Shown one piece after another: positions 38,771 through 48,023 of a DNA stretch of 64,000 nucleotides. The position numbers were made by a program, and so were the translations under genes. The stretch comes from Oscillospiraceae bacterium (GTDB lineage: Bacteria > Bacillota > Clostridia > Oscillospirales > Ruminococcaceae): assembly GCA_045606505.1 (NCBI GenBank), contig JAZUSC010000050.1:35320-99319 (forward strand), read 5' to 3'. Below the pieces are notes generated by a model. It made no database searches. It was not told the origin of the DNA and worked only from the letters and a program-made list of their open reading frames with translations. The first letter of the stretch is position 1. Every line of letters begins with the position of its first letter.

Positions 38771-40002
38771 AATGTAAGCTGTCCGTCCTCTAACATTTCA
38801 TTAAGCTGCTTATTAAGAGAATCGTTTGTGCGTTTAAGCTCTTTGTTTTCCTTGTCTGCTTTTTCCGCCTTTGTTTTAAGCTCCTCGCACTCCTTTTCAA
38901 GTGCGGTAAGCTTATCCATAGTTTCACGCACACTGTCGCCAAGTGCTTTAAGGGCGGCATTCTCACTCTCCGCCTGAGAATACTTTACCATAAGTTCTTC
39001 AAGCTTGTCAGCCTTACCGCTTAGCTCTGCCACCTTGTCGGCACTTGCACGGAGCTGCTGCTTTACAGTATCCTCAGACTTTTCAAGCTCTGCACACTTT
39101 GCTTTAAGCTCTTCATTCTCCTTTGAGAGGGAGTCTGCTCTTGAAGCCGCACTTGTACAAGCTTCCTCATAATTCTTTACCTTATCGTTAAGCTCGGCAA
39201 TCTGCTTATTAAGAGCCTTGCTGCCTGCGTCTGTCTTGTCGGAGTCTGCTTTAAGCTTTGCATTCTCCTTTTCAAGCTCCTTGATACGCTCCTCGGCACG
39301 TTTCTGCTGCTCGGAGCTGCTGTTACCTGCCTTTTTGACCTCTTCGGAAAGGCGGATATTCTCCTCCATAAGCTTTTCTGCCTCGTCTGCGTCCTTTTTA
39401 AGGGCGGCGTTTGACTTATTCAGTTCCTCTACGGTCTTATTAAGCTCTGCTATCTTCTTATCGTTTTCGGATATCTTTGCAACGCTGTCCTTAGCCTCGG
39501 AAACAAGACGCTCGTTACGCTCTTCAAGGCTGCTTACCTGCTTACGGAGAGCCTCTGCCTCCTTTTCTGCCTTTTCAGCGGAGGTCTTGTCCTCTCTTGC
39601 CTTTTTAAGCTCTTCCTCGGCAAGAAGATTTTTCTGCTCCAATTCCTCTATCTTCGTTTTCGCAGCCGCAAGCTCGTCGCTTTCCTTTTTAAGCTCTGCA
39701 TTTGCAGCTTTGAGAGCGTTATTCTCCTCAATAGCCTTTGCACCCTGCTCGGAAAGCTTTAAAAGCTTTTCATTTTCCTGTCTGAACTTTTCGACCTCAT
39801 CTAAAACATCACGCTTTTCGGACAAAAGGTCAAGTGCTCCATAAATTGCAGCGTCCTCTTTTTCTATATAATCAAAGGAAGTGCAGAATTCCGAAATACG
39901 TCTTTCTATCTCCCTTGCGTCATTTATGAGCTGATTTGCGTCATCTGTCATAAGGTTGTAAAATTTACCGCATATCTTGACAGTAACTTTTTCGTTAAGC
40001 AT
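38767..40002 (-). CDS. ZapA-domain protein with a long coiled-coil extension
   Basis: VTVKICGKFYNL...AAIYGALDL ZapA-like head; ~340 aa of E/K/A heptads; overlaps the U32 gene. Confidence 0.75.
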   Translation of the reverse strand: MLNEKVTVKICGKFYNLMTDDANQLINDAREIERRISEFCTSFDYIEKEDAAIYGALDLLSEKRDVLDEVEKFRQENEKLLKLSEQGAKAIEENNALKAANAELKKESDELAAAKTKIEELEQKNLLAEEELKKAREDKTSAEKAEKEAEALRKQVSSLEERNERLVSEAKDSVAKISENDKKIAELNKTVEELNKSNAALKKDADEAEKLMEENIRLSEEVKKAGNSSSEQQKRAEERIKELEKENAKLKADSDKTDAGSKALNKQIAELNDKVKNYEEACTSAASRADSLSKENEELKAKCAELEKSEDTVKQQLRASADKVAELSGKADKLEELMVKYSQAESENAALKALGDSVRETMDKLTALEKECEELKTKAEKADKENKELKRTNDSLNKQLNEMLEDGQLTL

Positions 40003-40182
40003 TGCACACATTCCTTTCAATAAGATGTATAATAAAGTCAGACTGCTCGCACGAACAGAAAAAATCATATATTACTATTATATATCACTTTACAGATGTT
40101 TGCAAGTGTTTTAAAAAAATTTTAAGTATTCCCAATAAAAAAGTCCTTTTCAACGTTATAGCTTATGAAAGGAGTGATACAG

Positions 40183-40686
40183 ATGACCGATGAGGAGCTC
40201 CGTGGTCTGCTGAAACTTATCAGAGCGGGTGACGTCAAAGCCTTTGAAAGCCTGTACAACGGGCTTTCCGCACCCGTTTTCACAATAGCTTTAAGGATAA
40301 CAAACGACCGTACCCTTGCTGAGGATACCGTACAGGAGGTATTTATAAAGCTTTACAAGTCGCCGCCAGACGAAAAAATCAAAAAACTTCGTGCGTACAT
40401 ATTCAAGACAGCGAGAAACAAAGCCCTCGATATGCTGAGGACTAGTCCCACGCACATAGATATCGACGAATGTACCGACATTGCCTTTCCGCAAAGGGAG
40501 AGCCGACAGGATATCGCAGAGGCCCTTTCCACGCTTTCGGAAAGCGACAGGAGTATCGTCACACTGCATATAAACGGCGGACTAAAATTCCGTGAGATAG
40601 CGGAGATTACAGGAAAACCGCTGGGTACTGTGCTATGGCGGTACAGACAAGCTATATCTCAGCTAAGAAAACTGTTATCCGAGTAA
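40183..40686 (+). CDS. ECF sigma factor
   Basis: GDVKAFESLY, AEDTVQEVF, region 4 LKFREIAEITGKPLGTV. Confidence 0.92.
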   Translation: MTDEELRGLLKLIRAGDVKAFESLYNGLSAPVFTIALRITNDRTLAEDTVQEVFIKLYKSPPDEKIKKLRAYIFKTARNKALDMLRTSPTHIDIDECTDIAFPQRESRQDIAEALSTLSESDRSIVTLHINGGLKFREIAEITGKPLGTVLWRYRQAISQLRKLLSE

Positions 40687-40706
40687 CACCTTTAAGGAGG
40701 TCTACA

Positions 40707-41723
40707 ATGAGATTACAAAAAACTTTCATATTATCCGCACTTGTGCTATCCCTTATGGGAGGTACTGTTGCCAACGCAGAGGAATATGCTACCACAACCG
40801 CAGCCTCACTATTGACAGACGTTATTGAGGTAATGCCCGAGGAAGAGTTTATCAAGGATATACCCGAAACAGACAACGAGTATGCTGTTTCCTCCCCCGA
40901 AGAAAACGAAGTACAGCTTGGCAGCGAGGATATCATCGACCCGAACGAGAACACTGCTGTTGCAGATGAACTTAATATCCCCGAGCCTATCGGTGAGCAA
41001 GGGCGAGGCGACTGTCTTAACCTTGAAAACTACTACTTTGAAAACGGCTATCCCGAATATTTATCCTTTGTATTCGTCTATGATAAATTCCTTGACGAAA
41101 ACGAGGAGATCGTGCTTCTGGCTTCAGCAGGTCTTACAGAAATGTCGCAGGAGAATATCGACGCTATCCTTGACATAGCGGACGACAGCTGTTATATCAC
41201 ATTCTCTGAGTGGAAATACAGCTATACTGAACGCAAGGCGGTCTACGACGAGATAAAAGCTATGGAAAGCGAAGATCTCCACGTGTGGCTTGCCTATGAC
41301 GACCGTGTAAGCGTGAACGTTTTGGACGCTTCTAACCTTGAAAAATACCGTGAATTGTTTTCGGAAAAATACGGCGACATAGTAACAGTTGACTGCATTA
41401 TAGCTGAGGACAGCATAGTTGAGGACGGCGGAGCTGTGATCACACCCGGACTTGGCACTATCACGACTACAGGCGTAATCACTGAACCCACAGAGCAAAA
41501 CAACACCCATACAATACTTATCATCGCTATAAGTGCGGCACTTCTGCTACTGATAACAGGCGGTGTGTATCTGCTGCACAAAAGCAAGATGAGGATATCC
41601 TCTGACGGCACTGCCGCCGCAAGTGTTAAGCTTACAAACGCAGATATTGAAAAAACTGTCGCAGACAGCGAGGAAAAGCCGTCAACAGAACTTAAAGACA
41701 AGATAATGAGGGAACTAAAATAA
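40707..41723 (+). CDS. Acidic exported protein with a C-terminal membrane anchor (putative anti-sigma partner)
   Basis: Signal peptide ending VANA, acidic body, TM ILIIAISAALLLLITGGVYLL, ~50-aa tail; RBS AAGGAGG, 20 bp after the ECF gene. Confidence 0.75.
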   Translation: MRLQKTFILSALVLSLMGGTVANAEEYATTTAASLLTDVIEVMPEEEFIKDIPETDNEYAVSSPEENEVQLGSEDIIDPNENTAVADELNIPEPIGEQGRGDCLNLENYYFENGYPEYLSFVFVYDKFLDENEEIVLLASAGLTEMSQENIDAILDIADDSCYITFSEWKYSYTERKAVYDEIKAMESEDLHVWLAYDDRVSVNVLDASNLEKYRELFSEKYGDIVTVDCIIAEDSIVEDGGAVITPGLGTITTTGVITEPTEQNNTHTILIIAISAALLLLITGGVYLLHKSKMRISSDGTAAASVKLTNADIEKTVADSEEKPSTELKDKIMRELK

Positions 41724-41727
41724 ACAT

Positions 41728-41757
41728 AATGGCAGGGATACATTTTTCCCTGCCATT
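41728..41757. terminator. Terminator between the ECF operon and the hydrogenase
   Basis: aatggcaggga/tccctgccatt. Confidence 0.75.
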
Positions 41758-41837
41758 TTAGTCCAAATATTATTTTCGATACCAAAACGCCCCACTCTTT
41801 CGAGCGGGGCAAATTTGTTTATTCAGTTATCCTGCAA

Positions 41838-43577
41838 TTACTTGCTGAGCTTCTGAGCCTTGTAAGATGTGTGCAGGATCTCGTGAGCCTTGTGGCTGTT
41901 GGGTTCGCCGAGGAACTCATCATAGAGAGCCTTAACATCGGGGTTCTCGTGAGAGAATCTCAGTGTGTTAGCCTCGTCGATGCCGTAGAGAACCTTAGCT
42001 CTATCAGCACGGATATCTGTAAAGTTGCGAACCTCAGCAGGCTGAATGATCTGACCGCCGCCGTTTACGCAGCCGCCGGGACAACCCATAACCTCGATGA
42101 AGTGGTAGTTAGCCTCGCCAGCCTTAACCTTCTTGAGGAGAGCCTTAGCGTTTGCAAGACCGGATGCGATTGCAACCTTAACTTCCATACCAGCAACGTT
42201 GTATGTTGCTTCCTTGATGCCTTCTACGCCACGAACTTCCTTGAACTCGATAGGAGTGCCGTCCTTCTTGCCTTCAAGTGTCCAAACAGCTGTACGGAGA
42301 GCAGCCTCCATAACGCCGCCTGTTGCACCGAAGATAACAGCAGCACCTGTACCTGTGCCGAGAGGGCTGTCGCACTTCTCATCAGGAAGAGCGTTGAACA
42401 TAATACCAGCCTTCTTGATAAGGCGAGCAAGTTCTCTTGTTGTGATAGAAATATCAACATCGGGAACACCTGCTGCATTCTGGTCATCTCTGCCAAGCTC
42501 GAACTTCTTAGCTGTACAAGGCATTACAGAAACGCTTACGATATTCTTGGGATCGATACCGTTCTTCTCTGCGAAGTAAGTCTTTGTAACAGCACCGAAC
42601 ATCTGCTGAGGAGACTTGCAAGAAGAAAGGTTGGGAATAAACTCAGGGAAGTAGTTCTCGCAGTAGCGGATCCATCCGGGAGAGCAGGATGTGATCATAG
42701 GCAGTGTGCCGCCGTTCTTAACTCTGCCGAGGAACTCGTTAGCCTCTTCCATAATGGTGAGGTCAGCGGAGAAGTTGGTGTCAAATACTCTGTCAAAGCC
42801 GAGGCGACGGAGAGCAGCAATCATCTTGCCCTCTACGTTTGTGCCAACAGGCAGACCGAATGCTTCACCGAGAGATGCACGAACTGCGGGAGCAGCCTGT
42901 ACAACAACGAACTTCTCAGGATCTGCGATAGCATCGAGAACCTTCTGAGTATCGTCCTTCTCAGAGAGAGCACCTACGGGACAAGCTGTGATACACTGAC
43001 CGCAGGATACACAAGCTGTTTCAGCGAGAGGCATATCAAATGCACAAGTGATCTCTGTTGCGAAACCACGCTCGTTAGCACCGATAACGCCGATGCCCTG
43101 TGTCTTAGCACAAGCCGCTGCACAACGACGGCAGCTGATACACTTGCTGTTGTCACGGTACATATGTGCTGCACTGCAATCAACATCGGAGGGAGTCATA
43201 TCACCGGAGAAGTTATTAGCGTCAACGCCGTACTCCTCGCAGAGTGTCTGAAGCTCACAGTTACCGCTTCTTACACAGGAAAGACATTCCTTCTTGTGGT
43301 TGGAGAGCAGCAGTTCCAGTGTTGTCTTTCTGCTCTCGATAACCTTAGGAGTAGCAGTAAAGATCTCCATACCCTCGTTAATAGGGTATACACAGGCAGC
43401 AACAAGACTTCTAGCACCCTTTACCTCTACAACGCAGATACGACATGCACCGATAGCGTTGCTCTCCTTGTGGTAGCAGAGGGTAGGAATTCTGATACCG
43501 GCAAGACGACAAGCTTCAAGGATAGTAGAACCCTTGGGAGCCTGACAGTCAATACCGTTTATTTTAATATTAACCAT
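41838..43577 (-). CDS. hydA: [FeFe]-hydrogenase catalytic subunit (HydA/HndD, group A3-like)
   Basis: H-cluster motifs TSCSPGW, MPCTAKKFE, EVMGCPGGCVNGGGQ; N-terminal 2Fe-2S, His-ligated and 2x4Fe-4S motifs. Confidence 0.96.
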   Translation of the reverse strand: MVNIKINGIDCQAPKGSTILEACRLAGIRIPTLCYHKESNAIGACRICVVEVKGARSLVAACVYPINEGMEIFTATPKVIESRKTTLELLLSNHKKECLSCVRSGNCELQTLCEEYGVDANNFSGDMTPSDVDCSAAHMYRDNSKCISCRRCAAACAKTQGIGVIGANERGFATEITCAFDMPLAETACVSCGQCITACPVGALSEKDDTQKVLDAIADPEKFVVVQAAPAVRASLGEAFGLPVGTNVEGKMIAALRRLGFDRVFDTNFSADLTIMEEANEFLGRVKNGGTLPMITSCSPGWIRYCENYFPEFIPNLSSCKSPQQMFGAVTKTYFAEKNGIDPKNIVSVSVMPCTAKKFELGRDDQNAAGVPDVDISITTRELARLIKKAGIMFNALPDEKCDSPLGTGTGAAVIFGATGGVMEAALRTAVWTLEGKKDGTPIEFKEVRGVEGIKEATYNVAGMEVKVAIASGLANAKALLKKVKAGEANYHFIEVMGCPGGCVNGGGQIIQPAEVRNFTDIRADRAKVLYGIDEANTLRFSHENPDVKALYDEFLGEPNSHKAHEILHTSYKAQKLSK

Positions 43578-43599
43578 AATTAACTGTTCCTTCCTTTCA

Positions 43600-45495
43600 T
43601 TAGCCCTTAACGATAGCCTTGAACTTACAGCTGTCGATACAAGCTCCGCACTTCACGCACTTGTCAGTGTCGATAGTGTATGCAGCAAGTTTCTTGCCGG
43701 GAGCAACATAATCTGTCTGTGTGATAGCACCAGCGGGACACTTCTTAGCACACATACCGCAGCCGAAGCAGCTGTCCTTGATGATGCTGTACTGCAACAG
43801 ATCCTTACATACGCCAGCGGGACACTTCTTGTCCTGAACGTGAGCGATGTACTCGTCCTTGAAGTAACGCAGTGTGGAAAGAACGGGGTTGGGAGCAGTC
43901 TGACCAAGACCGCAGAGTGCATTGTCCTTGATGTAGTAGCAGAGCTTTTCGAGCTTGTCAATATCTTCCATAGTAGCCTTACCGGAAGTGATCTTCTCGA
44001 GCATCTCATACATACGCTTTGTACCGATACGGCAGGGTGTACACTTACCGCAGGACTCATCAACTGTGAATTCGAGGAAGAACTTAGCGATATCAACCAT
44101 ACAGTTGTCCTCATCCATTACGATAAGGCCGCCGGAACCCATCATAGAGCCGATAGCGATGAGGTTATCATAATCGATCGGAATATCAAGGTGCTCGGGA
44201 GGGATACAACCACCGGAAGGACCACCTGTCTGAGCTGCCTTGAACTTCTTACCATTGGGGATACCGCCGCCGATCTCTTCGATAACGGTACGGAGAGTTG
44301 TACCCATAGGTACTTCAACCAGACCTGTGTTGTTGATCTTACCGCCTACTGCGAATACCTTTGTACCCTTGGACTTCTCAGTACCCATAGCAGCGTGCCA
44401 GTCAGCACCGTTAAGAATGATTTGGGGAATATTAGCATAAGTCTCAACGTTGTTGAGAACTGTGGGCTTGTCGAACAGACCCTTTACTGCGGGGAAAGGA
44501 GGACGGGGACGGGGCTCGCCTCTGTTACCCTCGATAGAGGTCATAAGTGCGGTTTCCTCACCACATACGAACGCACCGGCACCAAGTCTTAAACCAAGAT
44601 GGAAGCTGAAATCTGTGCCGAAGATGTTGTCGCCTAAGAGACCCTGCTCCTCAGCCTGGTCGATAGCCTTCTGAAGACGTCTTACAGCGATGGGGTACTC
44701 TGCACGAACATATACATAACCCTGGTTAGCACCGATTGTGTAACCAGCGATAGCCATAGCCTCGATAAGAGCATGGGGGGCACCCTCGAGAACGGAACGG
44801 TCCATAAATGCACCGGGGCCGCCCTCGTCGGCGTTACAACAAACATACTTCTGATCTGCGTCCTTAACGAGATCCTTAGCAAGCTGCCACTTTCTGCCTG
44901 TGGGGAAGCCCGCACCGCCACGGCCTCTCAGACCGGAGTCGAGCAGACAGTTTACAACATCGTCCTGGCTCATAGATGTCAGAACCTTGTAAAGTGCCTG
45001 ATAACCGTCACGAGCTATGTACTCATTGATGTTTTCGGGGTCGATAACACCGCAGTTACGCAGAGCAACACGCTGCTGCTTAGCATAGAATGCAGTATCG
45101 TTGAGGGACTTGATTGTGTCGCCGTCAACAGTTTCCTCATAGAGGTACTTCTTAACGGGGTTGCCGTTCTTTAAGTGCTCCTCTACGATCTCGGGGATCT
45201 TCTCAACAGAAGCGTGAGCGTAGAAAGAACCCTCGGGATATACGATCATAATAGGACCGCGTGCACACAGACCAAAGCAGCCTGTTGTAATTACATTTAC
45301 CTTGTCCTGAAGACCTGCCTTAGCGATCTCTTCCTTCAGGCATTCAACAATTTTCTTGGAGCCGCTGGAATCACAGCCTGTACCGCCGCAGATGAGGACA
45401 TCCTTGTCGCCTGTGTCTTCACAGTTGATACGGGTCTTAACGACCTCGACTGTGCTTTCCTTAACAGCGTTAAGCTCCGCAATAGTCTTAATCAT
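43600..45495 (-). CDS. hydB: NuoF-like NADH/FMN subunit of a trimeric (likely electron-bifurcating) hydrogenase (HydB/HndC)
   Basis: GLRGRGGAGFPTG, AFMDRS, GAGAFVCGEETAL, ESCGKCTPCR, two C-terminal 4Fe-4S motifs. Confidence 0.95.
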   Translation of the reverse strand: MIKTIAELNAVKESTVEVVKTRINCEDTGDKDVLICGGTGCDSSGSKKIVECLKEEIAKAGLQDKVNVITTGCFGLCARGPIMIVYPEGSFYAHASVEKIPEIVEEHLKNGNPVKKYLYEETVDGDTIKSLNDTAFYAKQQRVALRNCGVIDPENINEYIARDGYQALYKVLTSMSQDDVVNCLLDSGLRGRGGAGFPTGRKWQLAKDLVKDADQKYVCCNADEGGPGAFMDRSVLEGAPHALIEAMAIAGYTIGANQGYVYVRAEYPIAVRRLQKAIDQAEEQGLLGDNIFGTDFSFHLGLRLGAGAFVCGEETALMTSIEGNRGEPRPRPPFPAVKGLFDKPTVLNNVETYANIPQIILNGADWHAAMGTEKSKGTKVFAVGGKINNTGLVEVPMGTTLRTVIEEIGGGIPNGKKFKAAQTGGPSGGCIPPEHLDIPIDYDNLIAIGSMMGSGGLIVMDEDNCMVDIAKFFLEFTVDESCGKCTPCRIGTKRMYEMLEKITSGKATMEDIDKLEKLCYYIKDNALCGLGQTAPNPVLSTLRYFKDEYIAHVQDKKCPAGVCKDLLQYSIIKDSCFGCGMCAKKCPAGAITQTDYVAPGKKLAAYTIDTDKCVKCGACIDSCKFKAIVKG

Positions 45496-45542
45496 AAGCT
45501 TAATCCTTCCTGTTTCGTTAAAATACTTTTATTTATCAGCGA

Positions 45543-46037
45543 TCATTCATATTTGTCGAGGATGCTCTGAACATCGTCAACGGTAAGGTTACCGTAAACG
45601 TCCTCGTTTACTGTAAGTACAGGGGCAAGACCGCACGCACCGATGCAGCGGCAAGCGTCCAGAGAGAACTTACCGTCAGCGGTGATCTCACCGCCCTTGA
45701 TACCGAGTATCTCAGAGAACTTGTTAAAGATGTCGCCGGAGCCCTTAACGTAGCAGGCAGTACCAAGACAGACAGAGATTCTGTACTTGCCCTTGGGGTT
45801 GAGAGAGAACTGTGCGTAGAATGTTACAACGCCGTAAACCTTTTCAAGCGGGATGTCCATACCCTCGGCGATCATTGTCTGCACCTCGATAGGGAGATAG
45901 CCGTAGATCTCCTGTGCTTTCTGCAGCACGGGCATCAGAGCACCACGGTCATCCTTGTGTTCAGCGATGACAGCCTTGAGCTGTGCTTCCTGTTCAGCAG
46001 TTCCGGCAAAAGGAACTGCACACTTTTTAAAAGCCAT
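45543..46037 (-). CDS. hydC: NuoE-like 2Fe-2S subunit (HydC/HndA)
   Basis: VYGVVTFY, VCLGTACYVKG, CIGACGLAPV. Confidence 0.95.
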   Translation of the reverse strand: MAFKKCAVPFAGTAEQEAQLKAVIAEHKDDRGALMPVLQKAQEIYGYLPIEVQTMIAEGMDIPLEKVYGVVTFYAQFSLNPKGKYRISVCLGTACYVKGSGDIFNKFSEILGIKGGEITADGKFSLDACRCIGACGLAPVLTVNEDVYGNLTVDDVQSILDKYE

Positions 46038-46288
46038 TTTTTAGCCTCCTTAATATTTTCACCGCCCTTGGGCAGTTGTTGCTGTACTTTCCGTTACACA
46101 CGGAAAACCCGCCGATTTTTCAGCCTCGGCGGAATAAATAGTCAACCGCTGGATATCCTCTCGGACATAGTCACGGTATGATAATAAGATTATAACATAT
46201 TCCCGTTAAAAAATCTACAAAATTCCGCTTTTATTTTTTCGGTAATTTGTAGAAAAATATTCTGACAAATTGTACCCTTTGCACAAAT

Positions 46289-46306
46289 TTGTCAATAAAA
46301 TCACAA
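46289..46306. promoter_or_regulatory. Candidate Rex operator upstream of hydC
   Basis: TTGTCAA-TAAA-ATCACAA, 2 mismatches to TTGTGAA-N4-TTCACAA. Confidence 0.45.
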
Positions 46307-46427
46307 ATACATTCAGATAGTCAAAACTAACTGTTTTCCGATTTAACAGGCTAACATTTCAGTGCAATCTACACAAACAATACAAGGGCGGTATCCTCCG
46401 CCCCTGTGATATAAGTATTTTGATATA

Positions 46428-48011
46428 TCAGCTGTTTCCTGCCGCATTCTGTACAGGAAGTCCATTCTTGTAGCTTGTCATAAAGATGTCAAAGCCCTCT
46501 GTTCCCGCCTTATTAGGAGAGGCTGTGCTGCTCTCCATAGCGGCAAATACCTTGCTGTCAAGGAATACAGGCAGACTTTCGCCGCTGTTCTCGTTCATAT
46601 ACGCCGCAAGGAGAGCCATTCCCCAGGCTCCACCCTCGCCCGCTGTTTTCATAACCGAAACATCTGTTCTGAATGCGTCTGCCATATACTGCTGAGCAAC
46701 GCCCTCCACCTTGAACAGACCGCCGTGACCCATAAGTCTGTCAACAGGGACTTTCTCGTTGTTTGTGAGGATATCCATACCTATCTTCAATGTAGCCATT
46801 GCTGAATAAAGCTGTGCCCTCATAAAATTAGCCAGGTTGAACTTTCCGTCAGGTGTACGGAAATACATAGGTCTTCCCTGCTCAACTCCTGCAACAGGCT
46901 CACCCGAAAGGAAGTTATAAGCAAGCACTCCGCCGCAGTCAGCGTCCGCTTTGAGGGTATTTCTGTAAAGCATAGTATACAGGTCGCCCTTAGAAATCTC
47001 TGTTCCCGAAAGCTGTGCGAACTCCCCGAAAAGCTTTACCCACGCATCAAGCTCGGAGCAACAGTTGTTACAATGTACCATTGCAACAGGCTTTCCGTCA
47101 GGAGTAGCTACTACGTCTATCTCAGTGTACACGTTTTTAAGAGGTTTTTCAAGCACCACCATAGAAAATATGGAAGTACCCGCAGATACGTTGCCCGTCC
47201 TCGGAAGAACGCTGTTTGTTGCAACCATTCCCGTACCAGCGTCGCCCTCGGGAGGACACATCGGAATTCTGCCCTTTAACTTGCCGCTGGGATCAAGCAT
47301 CTTTGCACCCTCATCAGTTAGGACAGCACCCTTTGTTCCTGCTGCCTTTGACTTGGGGAGGATATCTCTGATATTCCAGCTGTAACCGTAGGGATCCATA
47401 AGCTCTTCAAACTTTGTGAGCATTTCTTCATTATATGTACAGCTGTCGCTGTCGATAGGGAACATTCCCGCAGCCTCGCCCGCACCAACTGTACGTTCTC
47501 CTGTCAGAAGATAGTGGATATATCCTGCAAGGGTCGTGATACTTGCAATCTCGGGAACGTGCTGTTCACCGTTAAGCACCGCCTGATAAAGGTGAGATAT
47601 ACTCCACCTCTGCGGGATATTAAATCCGAACAGTTTTGTCAGCTTTTCCGCCGCCTTTGCTGTGGTGGTATTTCTCCACGTTCTGAAAGGTACTAAAAGC
47701 TTATCCTCCTTGTCAAAAGCAAGGTAGCCGTGCATCATAGCGGAGATTCCCATTGCTCCTACTGTTTCAAGGTCTGTATCGTATTTCTCTCGAACATCAC
47801 GCACAAGGTCAGCATAACTGCCCTGTAATCCCGATATCATCATCTCCCGAGAATATGTCCAGTAGCCGTTTTCAAGCTTGTTCTCCCAATCGTATGCACC
47901 AGACGCTATGGGAGAATAGGTGTCGTCGATAAGTACTGCCTTAATTCGTGTAGAGCCGAACTCTATACCAAGATATGTTCTGCCGCTTTTAATCTTTTCA
48001 ACTGTCTGCAT
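46428..48011 (-). CDS. FGGY-family pentulose kinase (ribulokinase/xylulokinase-like)
   Basis: LGIEFGSTRIKA, PFRTWRN, PEGDAGTGM, GHGGLFK, EGGAWG. Confidence 0.9.
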   Translation of the reverse strand: MQTVEKIKSGRTYLGIEFGSTRIKAVLIDDTYSPIASGAYDWENKLENGYWTYSREMMISGLQGSYADLVRDVREKYDTDLETVGAMGISAMMHGYLAFDKEDKLLVPFRTWRNTTTAKAAEKLTKLFGFNIPQRWSISHLYQAVLNGEQHVPEIASITTLAGYIHYLLTGERTVGAGEAAGMFPIDSDSCTYNEEMLTKFEELMDPYGYSWNIRDILPKSKAAGTKGAVLTDEGAKMLDPSGKLKGRIPMCPPEGDAGTGMVATNSVLPRTGNVSAGTSIFSMVVLEKPLKNVYTEIDVVATPDGKPVAMVHCNNCCSELDAWVKLFGEFAQLSGTEISKGDLYTMLYRNTLKADADCGGVLAYNFLSGEPVAGVEQGRPMYFRTPDGKFNLANFMRAQLYSAMATLKIGMDILTNNEKVPVDRLMGHGGLFKVEGVAQQYMADAFRTDVSVMKTAGEGGAWGMALLAAYMNENSGESLPVFLDSKVFAAMESSTASPNKAGTEGFDIFMTSYKNGLPVQNAAGNS

Positions 48012-48023
48012 AAACTATTCTCC

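Noticed and set aside
41871-43583. 570-aa plus-strand ORF antisense to hydA
   Set aside because: It is the exact antisense shadow of a strongly codon-biased gene, with no RBS, motifs or domain-like composition
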